In this document: positions 28,113 to 39,863 of the stretch, piece after piece
Numbering within the stretch: position 1 is the stretch's first letter
How the letters are laid out: every line of letters begins with the position of its first letter
Source of the DNA: an uncultured Chloroflexia bacterium
Lineage (GTDB): Bacteria; Chloroflexota; Limnocylindria; Limnocylindrales; CSP1-4
Length of the DNA: 64,000 nt
Direction of reading: 5' to 3'
Assembly: GCA_963768655.1 (NCBI GenBank)
Contig: CAVYIM010000008.1
Location: forward strand, 1-64,000
Notes under the pieces: model-generated
Told to the model about the DNA's origin: nothing
What the model saw: the letters and a program-made list of their open reading frames with translations, nothing else
The model's database searches: none
Program-made: the position numbers and the translations under genes

Positions 28113-29357
28113 TCAGGCTGCGGCTGGCTGACGGACGCCCCGGCGCCACACGGCACGGATCGACAGCGTGTCCGAGATGATGGTCGTGGGGTCGCCGTCG
28201 ACCAGGAGCAGGTCCGCACGGGCGCCAGCGACGATCCGACCCCGGTCGATGAGGCCGAACCGGCGTGCCGGCGTGGACGTGGCCGCTCGCAGGGCCTCCA
28301 TGGGGGTCAGCCCCGCGGACACGAGCAACTGAAGCTCGTGGTGCACGCTCGCGCCGTGCGCCATGCCACCGAAGCCTGGCATGGGCGCCGTGGTGTCGGT
28401 CCCGGCAAGGAGGTCCACTCCGGCTGCCCTGAGCGCCGCCACCGTGGCGAGCGCGTCCTCCAGGCGGCCCTGCGGATAGACATTCGCGCTGCCGCGGAGG
28501 GACTCGAGCCAGGCCGGCGGCAACCTGGCGCTCACTCTCGGGTCGGCGGCGAAGGCGGCGCCCGTGTGGCCGAGCGCGGAGGAGACGACGGTCAGCGTGG
28601 GGATGACGAAGGTGTCGGCCTCGGCGATCTCGGACACGAGATCGGGGTGGGAACCGTCGACGAACAGGTGCCCGAGGCCGTCGACGCCGGCCCTGACCGC
28701 CCGTCGCGCGGCGTCGGCCTTGGTGGCGTGGGCGATGATCAGCCGGTCGTGGCGATGAGCCTCCTTGACGGCCGTGGCGAGAACCTCGTCGCTGACCACC
28801 GGCAGGCCGGGATAACCGACGACCGTGCCATCCTCGATCAAGATCTTGATGTAGTCGCTGCCGTTCGCGACCTGCTGCTCGATCATCCTCACCGTCTCCT
28901 CCGGCGTCGAACAGAAGGGGAACTCGAAGTCGGGGGAGTCGCCGGCATCGCCGTGCCCGTCGCTCGGCTCGCCGCCTTCGAAGTCCTCGTCTTCCGGCGG
29001 GGCGTACTCGGTCGGGTGCCCGCCCGGAGCGGTAATCCCCATCCCGGCTGTGCGCACATCGGCGAGGTCATCGCTCTCCGCAACCACCCTGCGCTGCCGA
29101 GCTGGCCAGTAGCCCATCATGTCGAGCTCGGTCGTGACGCCGAAACGCAGGGCCAGCCGGAGGCTCCCCATGCTGGTGTGGCAATGGGAGTCGATCAGGC
29201 CGGGCAGGAGGGTCCCCGCGCCGCCGTCGACGACGGTGGCGTTGGCCGGCACATCTCCCCCGACCCGGCGGATGATGCCGGCGTCGATCAGGACCGTGCT
29301 CGTTCCTGTGATCTCGTGGCCATCGAAGACTCGCGCGTTGGTGATGGCGGTGACCAT
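28113..29357 (-). CDS. Amidohydrolase family protein
   Basis: PGLIDSHCH, IIAHA, GHL, AGTD and GRIVAGARADLLLVDGDP motifs. Confidence 0.9.
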   Translation of the reverse strand: MVTAITNARVFDGHEITGTSTVLIDAGIIRRVGGDVPANATVVDGGAGTLLPGLIDSHCHTSMGSLRLALRFGVTTELDMMGYWPARQRRVVAESDDLADVRTAGMGITAPGGHPTEYAPPEDEDFEGGEPSDGHGDAGDSPDFEFPFCSTPEETVRMIEQQVANGSDYIKILIEDGTVVGYPGLPVVSDEVLATAVKEAHRHDRLIIAHATKADAARRAVRAGVDGLGHLFVDGSHPDLVSEIAEADTFVIPTLTVVSSALGHTGAAFAADPRVSARLPPAWLESLRGSANVYPQGRLEDALATVAALRAAGVDLLAGTDTTAPMPGFGGMAHGASVHHELQLLVSAGLTPMEALRAATSTPARRFGLIDRGRIVAGARADLLLVDGDPTTIISDTLSIRAVWRRGVRQPAAA

Positions 29358-29425
29358 GCTCTACCTTCCTCGTCGGTGCGCCGGCTCGGTGCTCCCGCGT
29401 CCCTGGCGCCTGGATCGTGGCGCTC

Positions 29426-29478
29426 CTTATCGTCGTTAAGGCCTTATCGCTGTAAAGGATGGACTTAACAGTGGTAAG
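29426..29478. promoter_or_regulatory. Three tetO-like operators between the divergent amidohydrolase and TetR genes
   Basis: CTTATCGTCGTTAAG, CTTATCGCTGTAAAG and CTTAACAGTGGTAAG imperfect palindromes. Confidence 0.65.
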
Positions 29479-29487
29479 CTGTCAAGC

Positions 29488-30159
29488 ATGCAAACGGCAC
29501 TGAACCGAACTCCCCGCCTGGATCGCGACCAGGTGGCCGAGACGGCCCTGCGCCTGCTCGATGAGGCGGGCCTCGATGGGCTGACCCTTCGAGCCCTGGC
29601 GACCGAGTTGGGCGTCCAGGCGCCGGCCCTCTACTGGCACTTCGCGAATAAGCAGGACCTGCTCGACCACATGGCTCATGCCCTGACGCGGCCGTGGCTG
29701 CTGGCCGTCCCCGAGACGGGCGGACGGCGCTGGGACGACTGGCTTACCGACGTGGCGCGCAGCTATAGAACGCTGCTGCTCTCCCACCGCGACGGGGCCC
29801 AGCTTGTCGCCGGCGCCCGACCGCTCCCTGAAAGCCTCCCACTGCTCGACGGCTGCATCGCCGCGTTCGAAGAGGCGACGGGCTGTGGCCCGGGCCAGGC
29901 GCTGCAATGCCTCACCACGATCACGACGTTCGTTCGTGGGTTCGTCCTCGACGAGGAGGCCGAATTGCTTCGTTCGCACGCAGAGCCGGTGGCTCACCCC
30001 CACACCGGGGCCGCGCAGATCCCGACGCACGCCTCGCAGCCGGTGCCACATCTCGATGCCGCGATCGACGACATCGAATCACCCAATGGCGAGGGCACGT
30101 TCGAGTTCGGGCTGGGCCTGATCGTCGATGGCATTCGCATCGCACTGGGTTGTCACTGA
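29488..30159 (+). CDS. TetR family regulator (TetR_C type)
   Basis: LTLRALATELGVQAPALYWHFANKQDLL; FEFGL..IVDG. Confidence 0.92.
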   Translation: MQTALNRTPRLDRDQVAETALRLLDEAGLDGLTLRALATELGVQAPALYWHFANKQDLLDHMAHALTRPWLLAVPETGGRRWDDWLTDVARSYRTLLLSHRDGAQLVAGARPLPESLPLLDGCIAAFEEATGCGPGQALQCLTTITTFVRGFVLDEEAELLRSHAEPVAHPHTGAAQIPTHASQPVPHLDAAIDDIESPNGEGTFEFGLGLIVDGIRIALGCH

Positions 30160-30299
30160 TCGCGACGTGTCGGGCGGGGTAGAGAGAGCCGCGCCGGCGT
30201 TGGGCTAGAAGCGGTTTGCGCACATGCCGGTGCCCCAGTAACAGCACGCCACCGTGGCCTCAAAGTCGGCCGCGCGGAGCAGGTGACGGCCAGCGGGGA

Positions 30300-30854
30300 T
30301 CAGGCCCGCAGTTCCTTGTCCAACACGAGCATCAAATTCGCTGGCGTGTCCAGGTGCAGCGTGGCGGCGTAGTATCCACGGCCCTCGGGGCCTCGGTCCC
30401 GCCCACCCTTCAGCGACACCTGGCAAGCGGTCACTCTCCCTGTGGAGGCCACTCGGTCGATCACCGGCCGATACCGCTCGGCATCCTCGGGGGAAAGATA
30501 GCCAACCTTCCCCCAGGGCTGGTTCGGTCTCATCGGAATGATCACGACTCTGACCGCATTGGGGTCGTACGGGCTCGACGGTTCGGGCAGCAGCATCGCG
30601 ACGTGGTCAGGTTTCTGGGGGCCGTCGAAAGTCCGGCCACCTGCGATGCGTCCGAATGTCTCCTGGCAGTCCGCATCCCCTGAAACCTCAACTGTCGCCC
30701 CGCCCTTTGGTGAGAACACGACAGCAGGAAACTTGGAGGCGAAGGATTCCCCGACCGGCCATGTCGTGATTGGCCCAGGCGGCGGCCACTGCTGTGCGCC
30801 TGGCGAGGAAGACTGCCGCGCACTGCCACCGACCAACCGTCTCAAGAACCCCAT
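30300..30854 (-). CDS. HIRAN-domain protein
   Basis: LLPEPSSPYDPNAVRV...KVGYLS motif; start at MGFLRRL. Confidence 0.7.
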   Translation of the reverse strand: MGFLRRLVGGSARQSSSPGAQQWPPPGPITTWPVGESFASKFPAVVFSPKGGATVEVSGDADCQETFGRIAGGRTFDGPQKPDHVAMLLPEPSSPYDPNAVRVVIIPMRPNQPWGKVGYLSPEDAERYRPVIDRVASTGRVTACQVSLKGGRDRGPEGRGYYAATLHLDTPANLMLVLDKELRA

Positions 30855-31346
30855 GTCGAGCGCTCCCACTTTTCGTGCCGGTCCAAGGACGACAACATAC
30901 GCCTCTGGCCTGGGTCGTGTAGGCCGCAGCCGAGCCGCGTCCAGTAAGCTCCAGCGGTGCGTCGGCCCGCGGCGCGGCCAAGATGGTCCCGTTGGCCGCT
31001 CCAATTCGCGGACCTGGAGGGTGGAATGCGGCGACACACCGGGCGCAGGATGGGAGAAGGGCCGTCCATCGGCCGCGTCCCGCTGGGCTGAGCCCCAAGT
31101 CAGGATGGGCCAGATTTTGGAGCTGTCGGACCAGGGCGACCTGCCCGGCGTCGTGTCCGAGCAGCCGGCGGGAGTTCTGGGGCGGCGCGTTCCGCGCGCT
31201 ACCGGCAACGTCCGACGACACGAATCAGTGCATGCCGTGATCGGATCTGCCTCCGCGAACTCTCGCACGCTGTCCGCTGTCGCCGGCGGGTATTGCATGC
31301 ATTGGAAGTATTCACGTCCTGGAAGTATCGTGGTACTGTTCCGGCC

Positions 31347-31856
31347 GTGGTCACCAGCAGCAACGCAGCTCGCGAGCTCGTCCGGCTCCTCCCCGCGGTC
31401 GCTGTGAACCTGCGGCTGACGGCGCTCTTCGACCACGCGGCCGCCGACCTCACGCCTAACCAGCTGCTGGCCCTGCAGCTCGTAGGCTCGGCACCGGAAG
31501 CACGCATGAAAGCCGGGGAGATCGCGGGTCGGCTCGGAATCTCGTCGCCGGCGGCCACGGCCCTCGTCGATCGGCTGGTGAGCGCAGGTGTCGTCGCGCG
31601 GTCTCAGGGCGAGGACAGGCGCGTGGTATGGATCGCCGTTACCGCGGCCGGCGACCGACTGCTTGTCGGCCTGACCGAAGGCCTCGAGCACCAGATCCAG
31701 GCCGCCATCGAGAACGACTACGACGCCGCCACGCTGGACGCGCTGGTGGAGGGTATGCGCCGGGTTGCCAGCTTCGCCGGCAGGCTGGCCGAACCCCTCG
31801 GTCGTCCCGGCTCGCGAGGACACCCAGCGGAGCCCCCCAGCCAGGCACCGCCGTGA
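31347..31856 (+). CDS. MarR family regulator
   Basis: LTPNQ...AATALVDRLVSAGVVAR...EDRRVVWIAVTAAG. Confidence 0.88.
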   Translation: MVTSSNAARELVRLLPAVAVNLRLTALFDHAAADLTPNQLLALQLVGSAPEARMKAGEIAGRLGISSPAATALVDRLVSAGVVARSQGEDRRVVWIAVTAAGDRLLVGLTEGLEHQIQAAIENDYDAATLDALVEGMRRVASFAGRLAEPLGRPGSRGHPAEPPSQAPP

Positions 31857-31984
31857 GAGATCGGCAGTCCGGCAGCGGCCGCCATCTGGTAGATCAGGCG
31901 GCCCGCCTTATCGGCTACGCAGCCAGTCACCGCGTCAGAGCGCAGCAAGGGGATCCATTCGTCGTGCGCCGGGAAAGGTGAATC

Positions 31985-34300
31985 ATGCGAACGCTCTTCA
32001 TCAGACTGGGACGTTTCGTCGAGGCCAGGCCGGGATCCATTCTCGCGACCACGCTCGTGCTGATCGCGCTCGCGGTAGTGGGCGCCAGCCAAACTCGTAT
32101 CGTCACAACGCAGGACGCCTTCGTCGACAGCAACAGTGACACGGCCAGGAACAGCGTGGCCTACGCGGCGGCTTTCGGCGGCGACCCATTGGTGGTCATG
32201 ATCCCGGGCACGCCCCAGGACCTGACCAGTCCGCAGGCTGTCGACAGGATCAGGACCCTGACGGACCAGCTGGGCAAGGATCCGGGGGTCCGTTCGATCG
32301 TCAGCGTCCTGACGCTGCTCTCCACCGCGGCGCTGCCCGCCGGCGTTTCGCTCGAACAGCCAGGCGTCGCGACGGGGATCGTGTTCGCCGCCGACGGCAA
32401 GCCCACGGCCGCGTTTGCCAGCCTGTTTCCGAGCGGCCACGAGCTGATCCAGATCTCCCTGAGCCCCGGTCTCACCATCGATCAACAGGGCCAGGTGTCG
32501 GACCGGGTCCAGGAGGCGGTCCAGAGCGCCGGCTTGCCGGACGGCACCGTCGTCGCGGGCTATCCGCGCCTCTACTCCGAGATAGCCTCCAGCATCACTC
32601 GTGACATGGCCGTCACGGGATTTGTCGCGGTCCTTCTGATGGTCGTCGTCCTGTACCTCGTCTTCCCGGTCCGCCGGCGGCTGATGGCGCTGCCTGTCGT
32701 CGTCGTGGGCGTGCTGTTCACGTTCGGCATCATGGGAGCGGCAGGCGTCTCGCTGACCCTGGTGACGATGGCCGGACTGCCCATCCTGCTGGGCCTGGGC
32801 ATGGACTTCGCCATCCAGTTCCACAACCGCTACGAAGAGGAGCTGGCCCGCGGTGACACGCCCGCGGCGGGCCTCATCGAGGCTCTCACGCACATCGGTC
32901 CCGCCGTCGGCGCGGCCGTCCTGGCGACAATCTTGGGCTTCGTAACGCTATCGCTCTCGTCTGTCCCGGCAGTCCGCGACTTCGGCGCGCTGCTCGCCCT
33001 GGGCGTTGCGATCCTCTACTGCGTCGCACTCTTTGCGCTCAACGCCCTGCTTTACCGCTTCGACAAAGCCCCGCGCGTCGCCGCAGTCGCCGATGAGGTG
33101 AGGCCGGCCGGGGACGATCACATCGCCGGCACGCCGCCTTCCCGGGCGCAGCACACGCCACGCCTGGACGTCGGCCGAGGTATGGCCGCCATCTCCTCGC
33201 TGTCGGTGAGGTTTGGCTCCATCGTCCTGGTCGCGGCCACTGTGCTGGCCATTGGAGGCCTGGCGGTGGACCACCTCGTGCCGGTGCAGACGGACATCGA
33301 GAAGCTCGTGCCTGCCGACGCGCCCGGCGTGGTGGCGATGAACCAGGTGCAAGACGCCACCGGCAGCAGCTCGTACATCCAGTTCCTCGTCCGCTCCGAC
33401 GACGTCACCTCGCCGGCGGCGCTGGACTGGATGGCTGAGTTCGCGGCTCGCGAGATGCAGAAGCACCCCCTGATCGTCAGCGTCTCCAGCCTGGCCAGCC
33501 TCCTGGCAGTCACGCCCGGGTCGCAGGTGCCCGGCGCCCAGGTCGTGGCCGCCGAGCTGGCCCAGGTCCCGGCGCCGATCCGTCTCGGCTTCGTGACCGA
33601 CGACCACAAGGCGGCCTCCCTCACATTCAACACCGTCCAGCTGTCCACGTCGGACGTCGCCGCCCTGATCCAGTCGATGCAGGCCGAAGCTGATCCCCCG
33701 AGCGGCGTCACAGCAGTCCCGGCAGGATCTACTTACATGGCCGCCTCGATCCTGACCTCACTGACGAAGGGCCGCCTGGAGATTGCCCTGGCCGGCTTCG
33801 CGGCGGTCTTCCTGGGCCTGGTGGTGATCTACCGGAGCTGGCGACGGGCGGTGGCGCCGGTGGTGCCGATCATCATGGTGACCTGCTGGTCGTCGGGCGC
33901 GATGTGGCTCTTGGGCATCGAATTGAACCCGCTGACCGCCGTCATGAGCGCCCTGATCGTGGGCATCGGAACCGAGTTCGCAGTCCTGCTCCTGGGGCGC
34001 TACTGGGAGGAGCTGGGTCGTGGCGCCGACCCGCGCCAGGCCATGAACCAGGCTGTGTCCCGGATTGGGCGGGCCATCGCCGCGTCCGGCCTGACCGTCG
34101 CGGCCGGGTTCGGGGCACTGCTCGCCTCGTCATTCCCTGCCATACGCGACTTCGGCGCGGTAACTGTGATCGACGTCCTGCTGGCGCTGCTGGCGACGGT
34201 CGTGGTCGTTCCCCCGCTGGCCAGCTTCCTGATCCGGCGCAGCGCACCGCAGTCGGGCGTGGTCGGTGAGGGCCAGGTTCTCGGCAGCCTGCTCGACTAG
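31985..34300 (+). CDS. MMPL/RND (HAE3-type) transporter
   Basis: Two repeats with [17 protein letters not shown] and [17 protein letters not shown]. Confidence 0.9.
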   Translation: MRTLFIRLGRFVEARPGSILATTLVLIALAVVGASQTRIVTTQDAFVDSNSDTARNSVAYAAAFGGDPLVVMIPGTPQDLTSPQAVDRIRTLTDQLGKDPGVRSIVSVLTLLSTAALPAGVSLEQPGVATGIVFAADGKPTAAFASLFPSGHELIQISLSPGLTIDQQGQVSDRVQEAVQSAGLPDGTVVAGYPRLYSEIASSITRDMAVTGFVAVLLMVVVLYLVFPVRRRLMALPVVVVGVLFTFGIMGAAGVSLTLVTMAGLPILLGLGMDFAIQFHNRYEEELARGDTPAAGLIEALTHIGPAVGAAVLATILGFVTLSLSSVPAVRDFGALLALGVAILYCVALFALNALLYRFDKAPRVAAVADEVRPAGDDHIAGTPPSRAQHTPRLDVGRGMAAISSLSVRFGSIVLVAATVLAIGGLAVDHLVPVQTDIEKLVPADAPGVVAMNQVQDATGSSSYIQFLVRSDDVTSPAALDWMAEFAAREMQKHPLIVSVSSLASLLAVTPGSQVPGAQVVAAELAQVPAPIRLGFVTDDHKAASLTFNTVQLSTSDVAALIQSMQAEADPPSGVTAVPAGSTYMAASILTSLTKGRLEIALAGFAAVFLGLVVIYRSWRRAVAPVVPIIMVTCWSSGAMWLLGIELNPLTAVMSALIVGIGTEFAVLLLGRYWEELGRGADPRQAMNQAVSRIGRAIAASGLTVAAGFGALLASSFPAIRDFGAVTVIDVLLALLATVVVVPPLASFLIRRSAPQSGVVGEGQVLGSLLD

Positions 34301-35700
34301 AAGTCGGCGCTGCCGGGGGTGCGCGGGAACGGGATGACGTCTCTGATGTTCGCCATGCCCGTGGCGTAGGCCACCGACCGATCGAACCCCAGCCCGAACC
34401 CGGCGTGCGGCACGGTCCCGTACCTCCGCAGATCGCGATACCACCAGTAAACCGCCGGATCGAGCCCCGTCTCGCGAATTCGCGCATCGAGGACGTCGAG
34501 ACGCTCCTCGCGCTGGCTGCCGCCGACGATCTCGCCGATGCCGGGGGCGAGCACGTCCATCGCCGCAACGGTGCGTTCGTCGTCGTTGAGGCGCATGTAG
34601 AAAGCCTTGATCTCCTTGGGGTAGTTGACGACCACGACCGGCCGCTTCGCGTACTCCTCGCACAGGTATCGCTCGTGCTCGGCCTGCAGGGCGACGCCCC
34701 ACTCCACGGGGAATTCGAACGACCGCCCCGACCGCTTCAGGACGTCGATGGCCTCCGTGTACTCCATTCGCGCGAAGCTCGACTCGACGAAGTCTTCGAG
34801 CCGGCGGACCGCCTCCTTGTCGATCCGTTCGGCGAAGAACGCCATGTCGTCGGCGCGCTCGTCCAGGACTGTGCGGAAGCTGAACCGAAGCAGATCCTCG
34901 GCCAGATCGGCGTCAGCCGTGATGTCGGCGAACGCGATCTCAGGTTCGACCATCCAGAACTCGGAAAGATGCCGGCTGGTGTTCGAGTTCTCCGCCCGAA
35001 AGGTTGGCCCGAAGGTGTAGACGCGCGAGAGCGCCAGGCAGTACGTCTCGACGTTGAGCTGGCCCGAGACCGTGAGGTAGGCCGGCTTGCCGAAGAAGTC
35101 CTGGGAGAAGTCGACGGCGCCCTGGGGCGTGCGCGGCAGGTTGGCTAGGTCGAGGGTCGAAACGCGGAACAGCTCTCCGGCACCCTCGGCATCGCTGGCG
35201 GTCAGGATCGGCGTGTGGACCCAGTAGAACCCGTGCTCATCGAAGTAGCGATGCATGGCCATGGCGAGACAGTGCCGAACCCTGGCGACCGCGCCGAAGG
35301 TGTTCGTCCGCGCCCGCAGGTGGGCGACCTCGCGCAGGTATTCGAACGTGTGGCGCTTGGGCGAAATGGGGTAGCTCTCCGGATCGTCAACCCACCCGAC
35401 GACGATGACGGAGTCGGCCAGGAGCTCGACGGCCTGACCCTGGGCCGGCGAGGGAGTGATCGTGCCGCTCACAGTGACGGCGCAGCCGGCGGTCAAATGC
35501 AGGATCTCATCCTGGTAGTTGGGGAGCGTGGCCGGCGCCACGATCTGGAGGCCGTCGAAGCAGGACCCGTCATGCACGTGCAGAAAGGACAGCCCGGCCT
35601 TCGAATCGCGCCGCGACCGGATCCAGCCCTGGACCGTCGCGCGGGCGCCAGCCGCCGCCCGGCCGGCGAGGATGTCGACGACTCGTTCTGCCTGCGGCAT
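34297..35700 (-). CDS. asnS: Asparagine--tRNA ligase
   Basis: [36 protein letters not shown] and [13 protein letters not shown]. Confidence 0.97.
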   Translation of the reverse strand: MPQAERVVDILAGRAAAGARATVQGWIRSRRDSKAGLSFLHVHDGSCFDGLQIVAPATLPNYQDEILHLTAGCAVTVSGTITPSPAQGQAVELLADSVIVVGWVDDPESYPISPKRHTFEYLREVAHLRARTNTFGAVARVRHCLAMAMHRYFDEHGFYWVHTPILTASDAEGAGELFRVSTLDLANLPRTPQGAVDFSQDFFGKPAYLTVSGQLNVETYCLALSRVYTFGPTFRAENSNTSRHLSEFWMVEPEIAFADITADADLAEDLLRFSFRTVLDERADDMAFFAERIDKEAVRRLEDFVESSFARMEYTEAIDVLKRSGRSFEFPVEWGVALQAEHERYLCEEYAKRPVVVVNYPKEIKAFYMRLNDDERTVAAMDVLAPGIGEIVGGSQREERLDVLDARIRETGLDPAVYWWYRDLRRYGTVPHAGFGLGFDRSVAYATGMANIRDVIPFPRTPGSADF

Positions 35701-36341
35701 CAGTTCTCTCCTTCCGGCTTCGAGGAACGCGCGGCCTCGGGCGGCGATGGTGGCGGCGAGTGTTCGGCGTGACCTGTTCCGGTAACCATAGCGAGCGTGC
35801 GGTGCGGCGGCTCCCAGGCCCCGGGGCCAATGCCCCGACTATAGGGCGTCGCGGCCCACGTGGCCCGAGAATCGCCCCCGGCCGCCCCCGCCCGCGCGAC
35901 GCAGAAGACGGGCGAACCGTACGGTCCGCCCGTCTTCCAAACTTGGCTACCGTTTGCCGGCCCGCGCAGCAACCGCGCCACTTTGGCGGGCCGGCGCCCA
36001 GACCTGATGGCTGACCCCGCGCTGCCGCAGCGCGATTCCCGCCTACTTCGCCAGGACGGGCACGTCGAAGCGGTCTCCGAGCAATCGCTCGCCGGCGCCT
36101 GCCGGAGGCCGCGGCCATCGGCTACATCTGCTCAACTTCAAACCCCTAAGATGGATGCGCTCGTCCGCCATGGGCAGGAGGCCATCCCGACGAGCAGGAA
36201 CCGACCGGGCGGTACCGTCCGATCCGGCTCACTGGTGGGGTGTACCAACGTCGATCGCGCGTCGCCATAGTCGGTCGATGCGATCCGTTGCAGATCCGGG
36301 CAGGAGCTCGGATCTGGCGGTACCGAGAGGAGCGGGGTTCG

Positions 36342-39300
36342 GTGAAGTCATTCACGGCAGCTGGGATTCCCTTTCGCGGTACCATTCCCGGTTCGCGCCG
36401 GCCGCTGGTCCGGCTCCTGAGCCTTGGCCCGGCGGCGCTCCTGCTCTCTGGCCTCTTGGCGGTCTGGGCCGGGCCGCTGGCCGCGCTTGTGGCGGCGGCA
36501 AGCCCGGCGTCGACGTCGGGCTCGGCGTCGGGCACGGTCACAGCCTGGGGTGAAGACAGCAATGGCCAGACGAACGTGCCAGCCGGCCTCCTGGGCGTCA
36601 AGGCCGTTGCTGCCGGGTACAGATTCAGCCTCGCCCTGAAGTCGAACGGCACGGTCGTTGCCTGGGGTGCCACTGCCGAAGGCCAGACGAACGTGCCAGC
36701 CGGCCTGACGGGCGTGATCGCGATTGCCGCCGGCGACAATCACAGCCTCGCCCTGAAGTCGAACGGCACGGTCGTCGCGTGGGGCTGGAATTACTACGGC
36801 CAGGCCACCGTCCCGCCCGGCCTGACCGGCGTCGTCGCGATCGCCGCCGGGTACTCGCACAGCGTCGCCCTCAAAGCCAACGGAACTGTCGTCGCGTGGG
36901 GCGACGACTACTTTCACCAGACCGAAGTCCCGGCCGGCTTGACGGGCGTCATCGCGATTGCCGCCGGCGACAATCACAACCTTGCCCTGAAGTCGAACGG
37001 CATGGTCGTCGCCTGGGGCAGCGACGGCGAGGGCGAGAGCAACGTGCCCGCGGCTGCCCTATCTGGCGTCACGGCGATCGCCGCCGGGGGGTACCACAGC
37101 CTGGCACTCAAGTCGAACGGCAGCGTGATCGCCTGGGGCAGCAACGCATACGGCCAGACTACCGTTCCCTCGGCCGCTCTTTCGGGCGTCGTCGCTCTCT
37201 CTGCCGGGGCCTTCGACTCTCTCGCCCTCAAGGCTGATGGAACGGCCGTCGCCTGGGGCGCGGACCTCAGCGGTACGCAGGTTACGGTCCCGGCCGGTCT
37301 CTCGGGCGTCACGGCGATCGCCGCCGGAGGAAGCCACAGCCTCGCGCTGGTGTCCTCGGCCGGCCATGGCCCCGTCGCCGCGTGGGGTTTAGATGACTAC
37401 CATCAGGCCGATGGTCCGACAAGCCTGTCGGGCATCAAGGCGATCGGCGCGGGCGAGTATCACAGCATCGCTCTCAAGACCAACGGCACGGTCGCGGCCT
37501 GGGGCTTCGACAACGTCCACGAAACCGACGTCCCGGCGGGCCTGACGGGAGTCGCCGCGATCGCCCCCGGAGGCGACCACAACCTCGCCCTCAAGGCCAA
37601 CGGCACGGTCGTCGGCTGGGGCTACGATTTCCTTGGCCAGACCGACATACCGGCCGGTCTCTCAGGCGTCAGGGCTATCGCTGCAGGGTACGACTTCAGT
37701 CTCGCGCTCAAGTCGGACGGCACGGTCGTCGGCTGGGGCGATGACGGCGACGGCCAGACCAACGTCCCGGCCGGCCTGTCGGGCGTCGTCGCGATCTCAG
37801 CCGGGTACGACGACGGTCTCGCCCTCAAGTCGAACGGCACGGTCGTCGGCTGGGGCGAGAACTACAACCACACAATGGACGTCCCGGCCGGCCTGTCGGG
37901 CGTCAAGGCGATCGCCGCCGGGGAGGAATTCGACCTCGCCCTGAAGTCGGACGGCACGGTCGTCGGCTGGGGCTGGGATACCTATGGCCAGACCGACACT
38001 CCGGCAGGCCTGTCGGGCGTCATCGCGATCGCCGCCGGCGGCGACCTCAGCCTCGCCCTGAAGTCGGACGGCACTGTCGTCGCCTGGGGCTACAACGACC
38101 ACGGCCAGGCCACCGTCCCGGCAGGCCTGTCGGGCGTCACTGCGATCGCCGCGGGAGGCGCTCACAGCCTCGCCCTCGTGGCCCCGGCCACGCATCTCTC
38201 CGTCTCGGGGATCGGTTCGCCGCGGACCGCGGGGGTGGCGGGCTCGGTGTCCGTCCGCGCCCGGGATGCATCCGGCAATACCGCCATCGGCTATCGCGGC
38301 ACCGTCCACTTCTCCAGCACCGATCCGGCCGCGGTATTGCCCGCGAACTACACGTTCACCGCCGCCGACAAGGGCGCCCACTCCTTCAACGTCACCCTCA
38401 ACTCCGCCGGCACCTGGTCAGTGACGGCCACCGACACGACCGCAGCCTCGATAACGGGCTCGCAGAGCGGCATCGTGGTGATCTTGCCCGCTTCGAGCTA
38501 TACCGCCATCAGCCCGCGGCGGGTCCTCGACTCCCGCCCGACCGGGAGCGGCCACACCAACATCGGCCTGTCGAACCCGTTCGTCGCCGGCACCGTCCGC
38601 AAGTTCAGCATCGCCGGGGCAGAGTACGTGGGGGGTGGCAGCGCCCCAGCGGTCCCGGCCAACGCGGTGGCGGTGACCGGCAATCTCACGGTCGTGGGTG
38701 AGACCGCGGCCGGCGTCATCGATCTGGGTCCGGCCGTCTCCGCCGGCGGTACCAAGTCGAGCCTGAACTTCGTGAAGGGCGACGTCCGTGCCAACAACGT
38801 GACCCTCGCCCTGGCGGCCGACGGTTCACTCTCGGCTGTCTATCGCTCCTCAACGTCGGGTGCCACCACCAATCTCATCTTCGATGTGACCGGCTACTTT
38901 CTACCCGGCACGTCTGGAGCTACCTACCACACCGTCGCACCGGGCCGGGTCCTCGATACCAGACCGACCGGCGGCGGGGTGACCCATATGGGCCCCCTGA
39001 CAAAGCTCCCCAACCGGACCGTCAAGACCTTCCCCGTAGCCGGTGTAACGCCGCTGGGTGGGTCTAGCGCTCTGGTGCCGCCTAGCGCGGTCGCGGTCAC
39101 AGGCAACCTGACCGTGACCGGCGCCACAAGCGCTGGCTATGTCTCTGTGGGGCCGACCATGACCGCCTCGCCCTCGACCTCGAGCGTCAACGTGGCTGCC
39201 GGCTCGACCGTGGCCAACGGGGTCAGCGTGGGCCTCTCTGGCGGCAAGCTATCGGTCGTGTGGTGCGGCACCGCCGGCTCGAGCGCCAATGTCATCTTCG

Positions 39301-39704
39301 ATGTCACCGGCTACTTCACCGCAGGTGCCGGAGGTCTGTCCTTCTATGCCATCGCGCCGGTCCGGGTCCTCGATTCCTCCGTGTCCCTGGGCCTGTCGGG
39401 CACCTTCGCCAGCCGGACCGCGCGGCTCTTCACCATCGTCGGTACCGGCGGTGTCCCAACTGGCGCCGCCGGCATCAGCGGCAACCTGACCGTCCTATCT
39501 CCCTCATCGGCAGGCTGGGCTCTCGTATCACCCGAGACCGTCGCCACTCCGACCACCTCTACCCTCAACGTCGCCTCCGGCCACAGTGAGGCCAACGGCT
39601 TCGATGTCGCTCTGGGCACATCGGGTCACGTCGCACTCGAGTGGGCCGGCACCACCGGCTCCAGCGCCAACATCGCTCTCGACATCACCGGCTACTGGAA
39701 GTAG
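36342..39704 (+). CDS. Secreted RCC1-repeat beta-propeller protein with Ig-like domain and C-terminal beta repeats (paralog 1)
   Basis: Many AIAAG..HSLALKS.GTVVAWG repeats; YRGTVHFSSTD domain; three P.RVLDSR...DVTGY repeats; RBS GAGGAG. Confidence 0.9.
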   Translation: MKSFTAAGIPFRGTIPGSRRPLVRLLSLGPAALLLSGLLAVWAGPLAALVAAASPASTSGSASGTVTAWGEDSNGQTNVPAGLLGVKAVAAGYRFSLALKSNGTVVAWGATAEGQTNVPAGLTGVIAIAAGDNHSLALKSNGTVVAWGWNYYGQATVPPGLTGVVAIAAGYSHSVALKANGTVVAWGDDYFHQTEVPAGLTGVIAIAAGDNHNLALKSNGMVVAWGSDGEGESNVPAAALSGVTAIAAGGYHSLALKSNGSVIAWGSNAYGQTTVPSAALSGVVALSAGAFDSLALKADGTAVAWGADLSGTQVTVPAGLSGVTAIAAGGSHSLALVSSAGHGPVAAWGLDDYHQADGPTSLSGIKAIGAGEYHSIALKTNGTVAAWGFDNVHETDVPAGLTGVAAIAPGGDHNLALKANGTVVGWGYDFLGQTDIPAGLSGVRAIAAGYDFSLALKSDGTVVGWGDDGDGQTNVPAGLSGVVAISAGYDDGLALKSNGTVVGWGENYNHTMDVPAGLSGVKAIAAGEEFDLALKSDGTVVGWGWDTYGQTDTPAGLSGVIAIAAGGDLSLALKSDGTVVAWGYNDHGQATVPAGLSGVTAIAAGGAHSLALVAPATHLSVSGIGSPRTAGVAGSVSVRARDASGNTAIGYRGTVHFSSTDPAAVLPANYTFTAADKGAHSFNVTLNSAGTWSVTATDTTAASITGSQSGIVVILPASSYTAISPRRVLDSRPTGSGHTNIGLSNPFVAGTVRKFSIAGAEYVGGGSAPAVPANAVAVTGNLTVVGETAAGVIDLGPAVSAGGTKSSLNFVKGDVRANNVTLALAADGSLSAVYRSSTSGATTNLIFDVTGYFLPGTSGATYHTVAPGRVLDTRPTGGGVTHMGPLTKLPNRTVKTFPVAGVTPLGGSSALVPPSAVAVTGNLTVTGATSAGYVSVGPTMTASPSTSSVNVAAGSTVANGVSVGLSGGKLSVVWCGTAGSSANVIFDVTGYFTAGAGGLSFYAIAPVRVLDSSVSLGLSGTFASRTARLFTIVGTGGVPTGAAGISGNLTVLSPSSAGWALVSPETVATPTTSTLNVASGHSEANGFDVALGTSGHVALEWAGTTGSSANIALDITGYWK

Positions 39705-39863
39705 GGGGAGACGCGGTCCCAATCCAGCCTTGCAGACCGATGGTGGACCTCAGGATTCCAAGACGTAGCACGCGTACGTGACTTGACGCCGGAGGTTTGG
39801 CGGCGCGAGACGACTCTGATCGGGATGGCCGACGGCCCGTCCGCGACGCGCGCCGCTCGCGAC

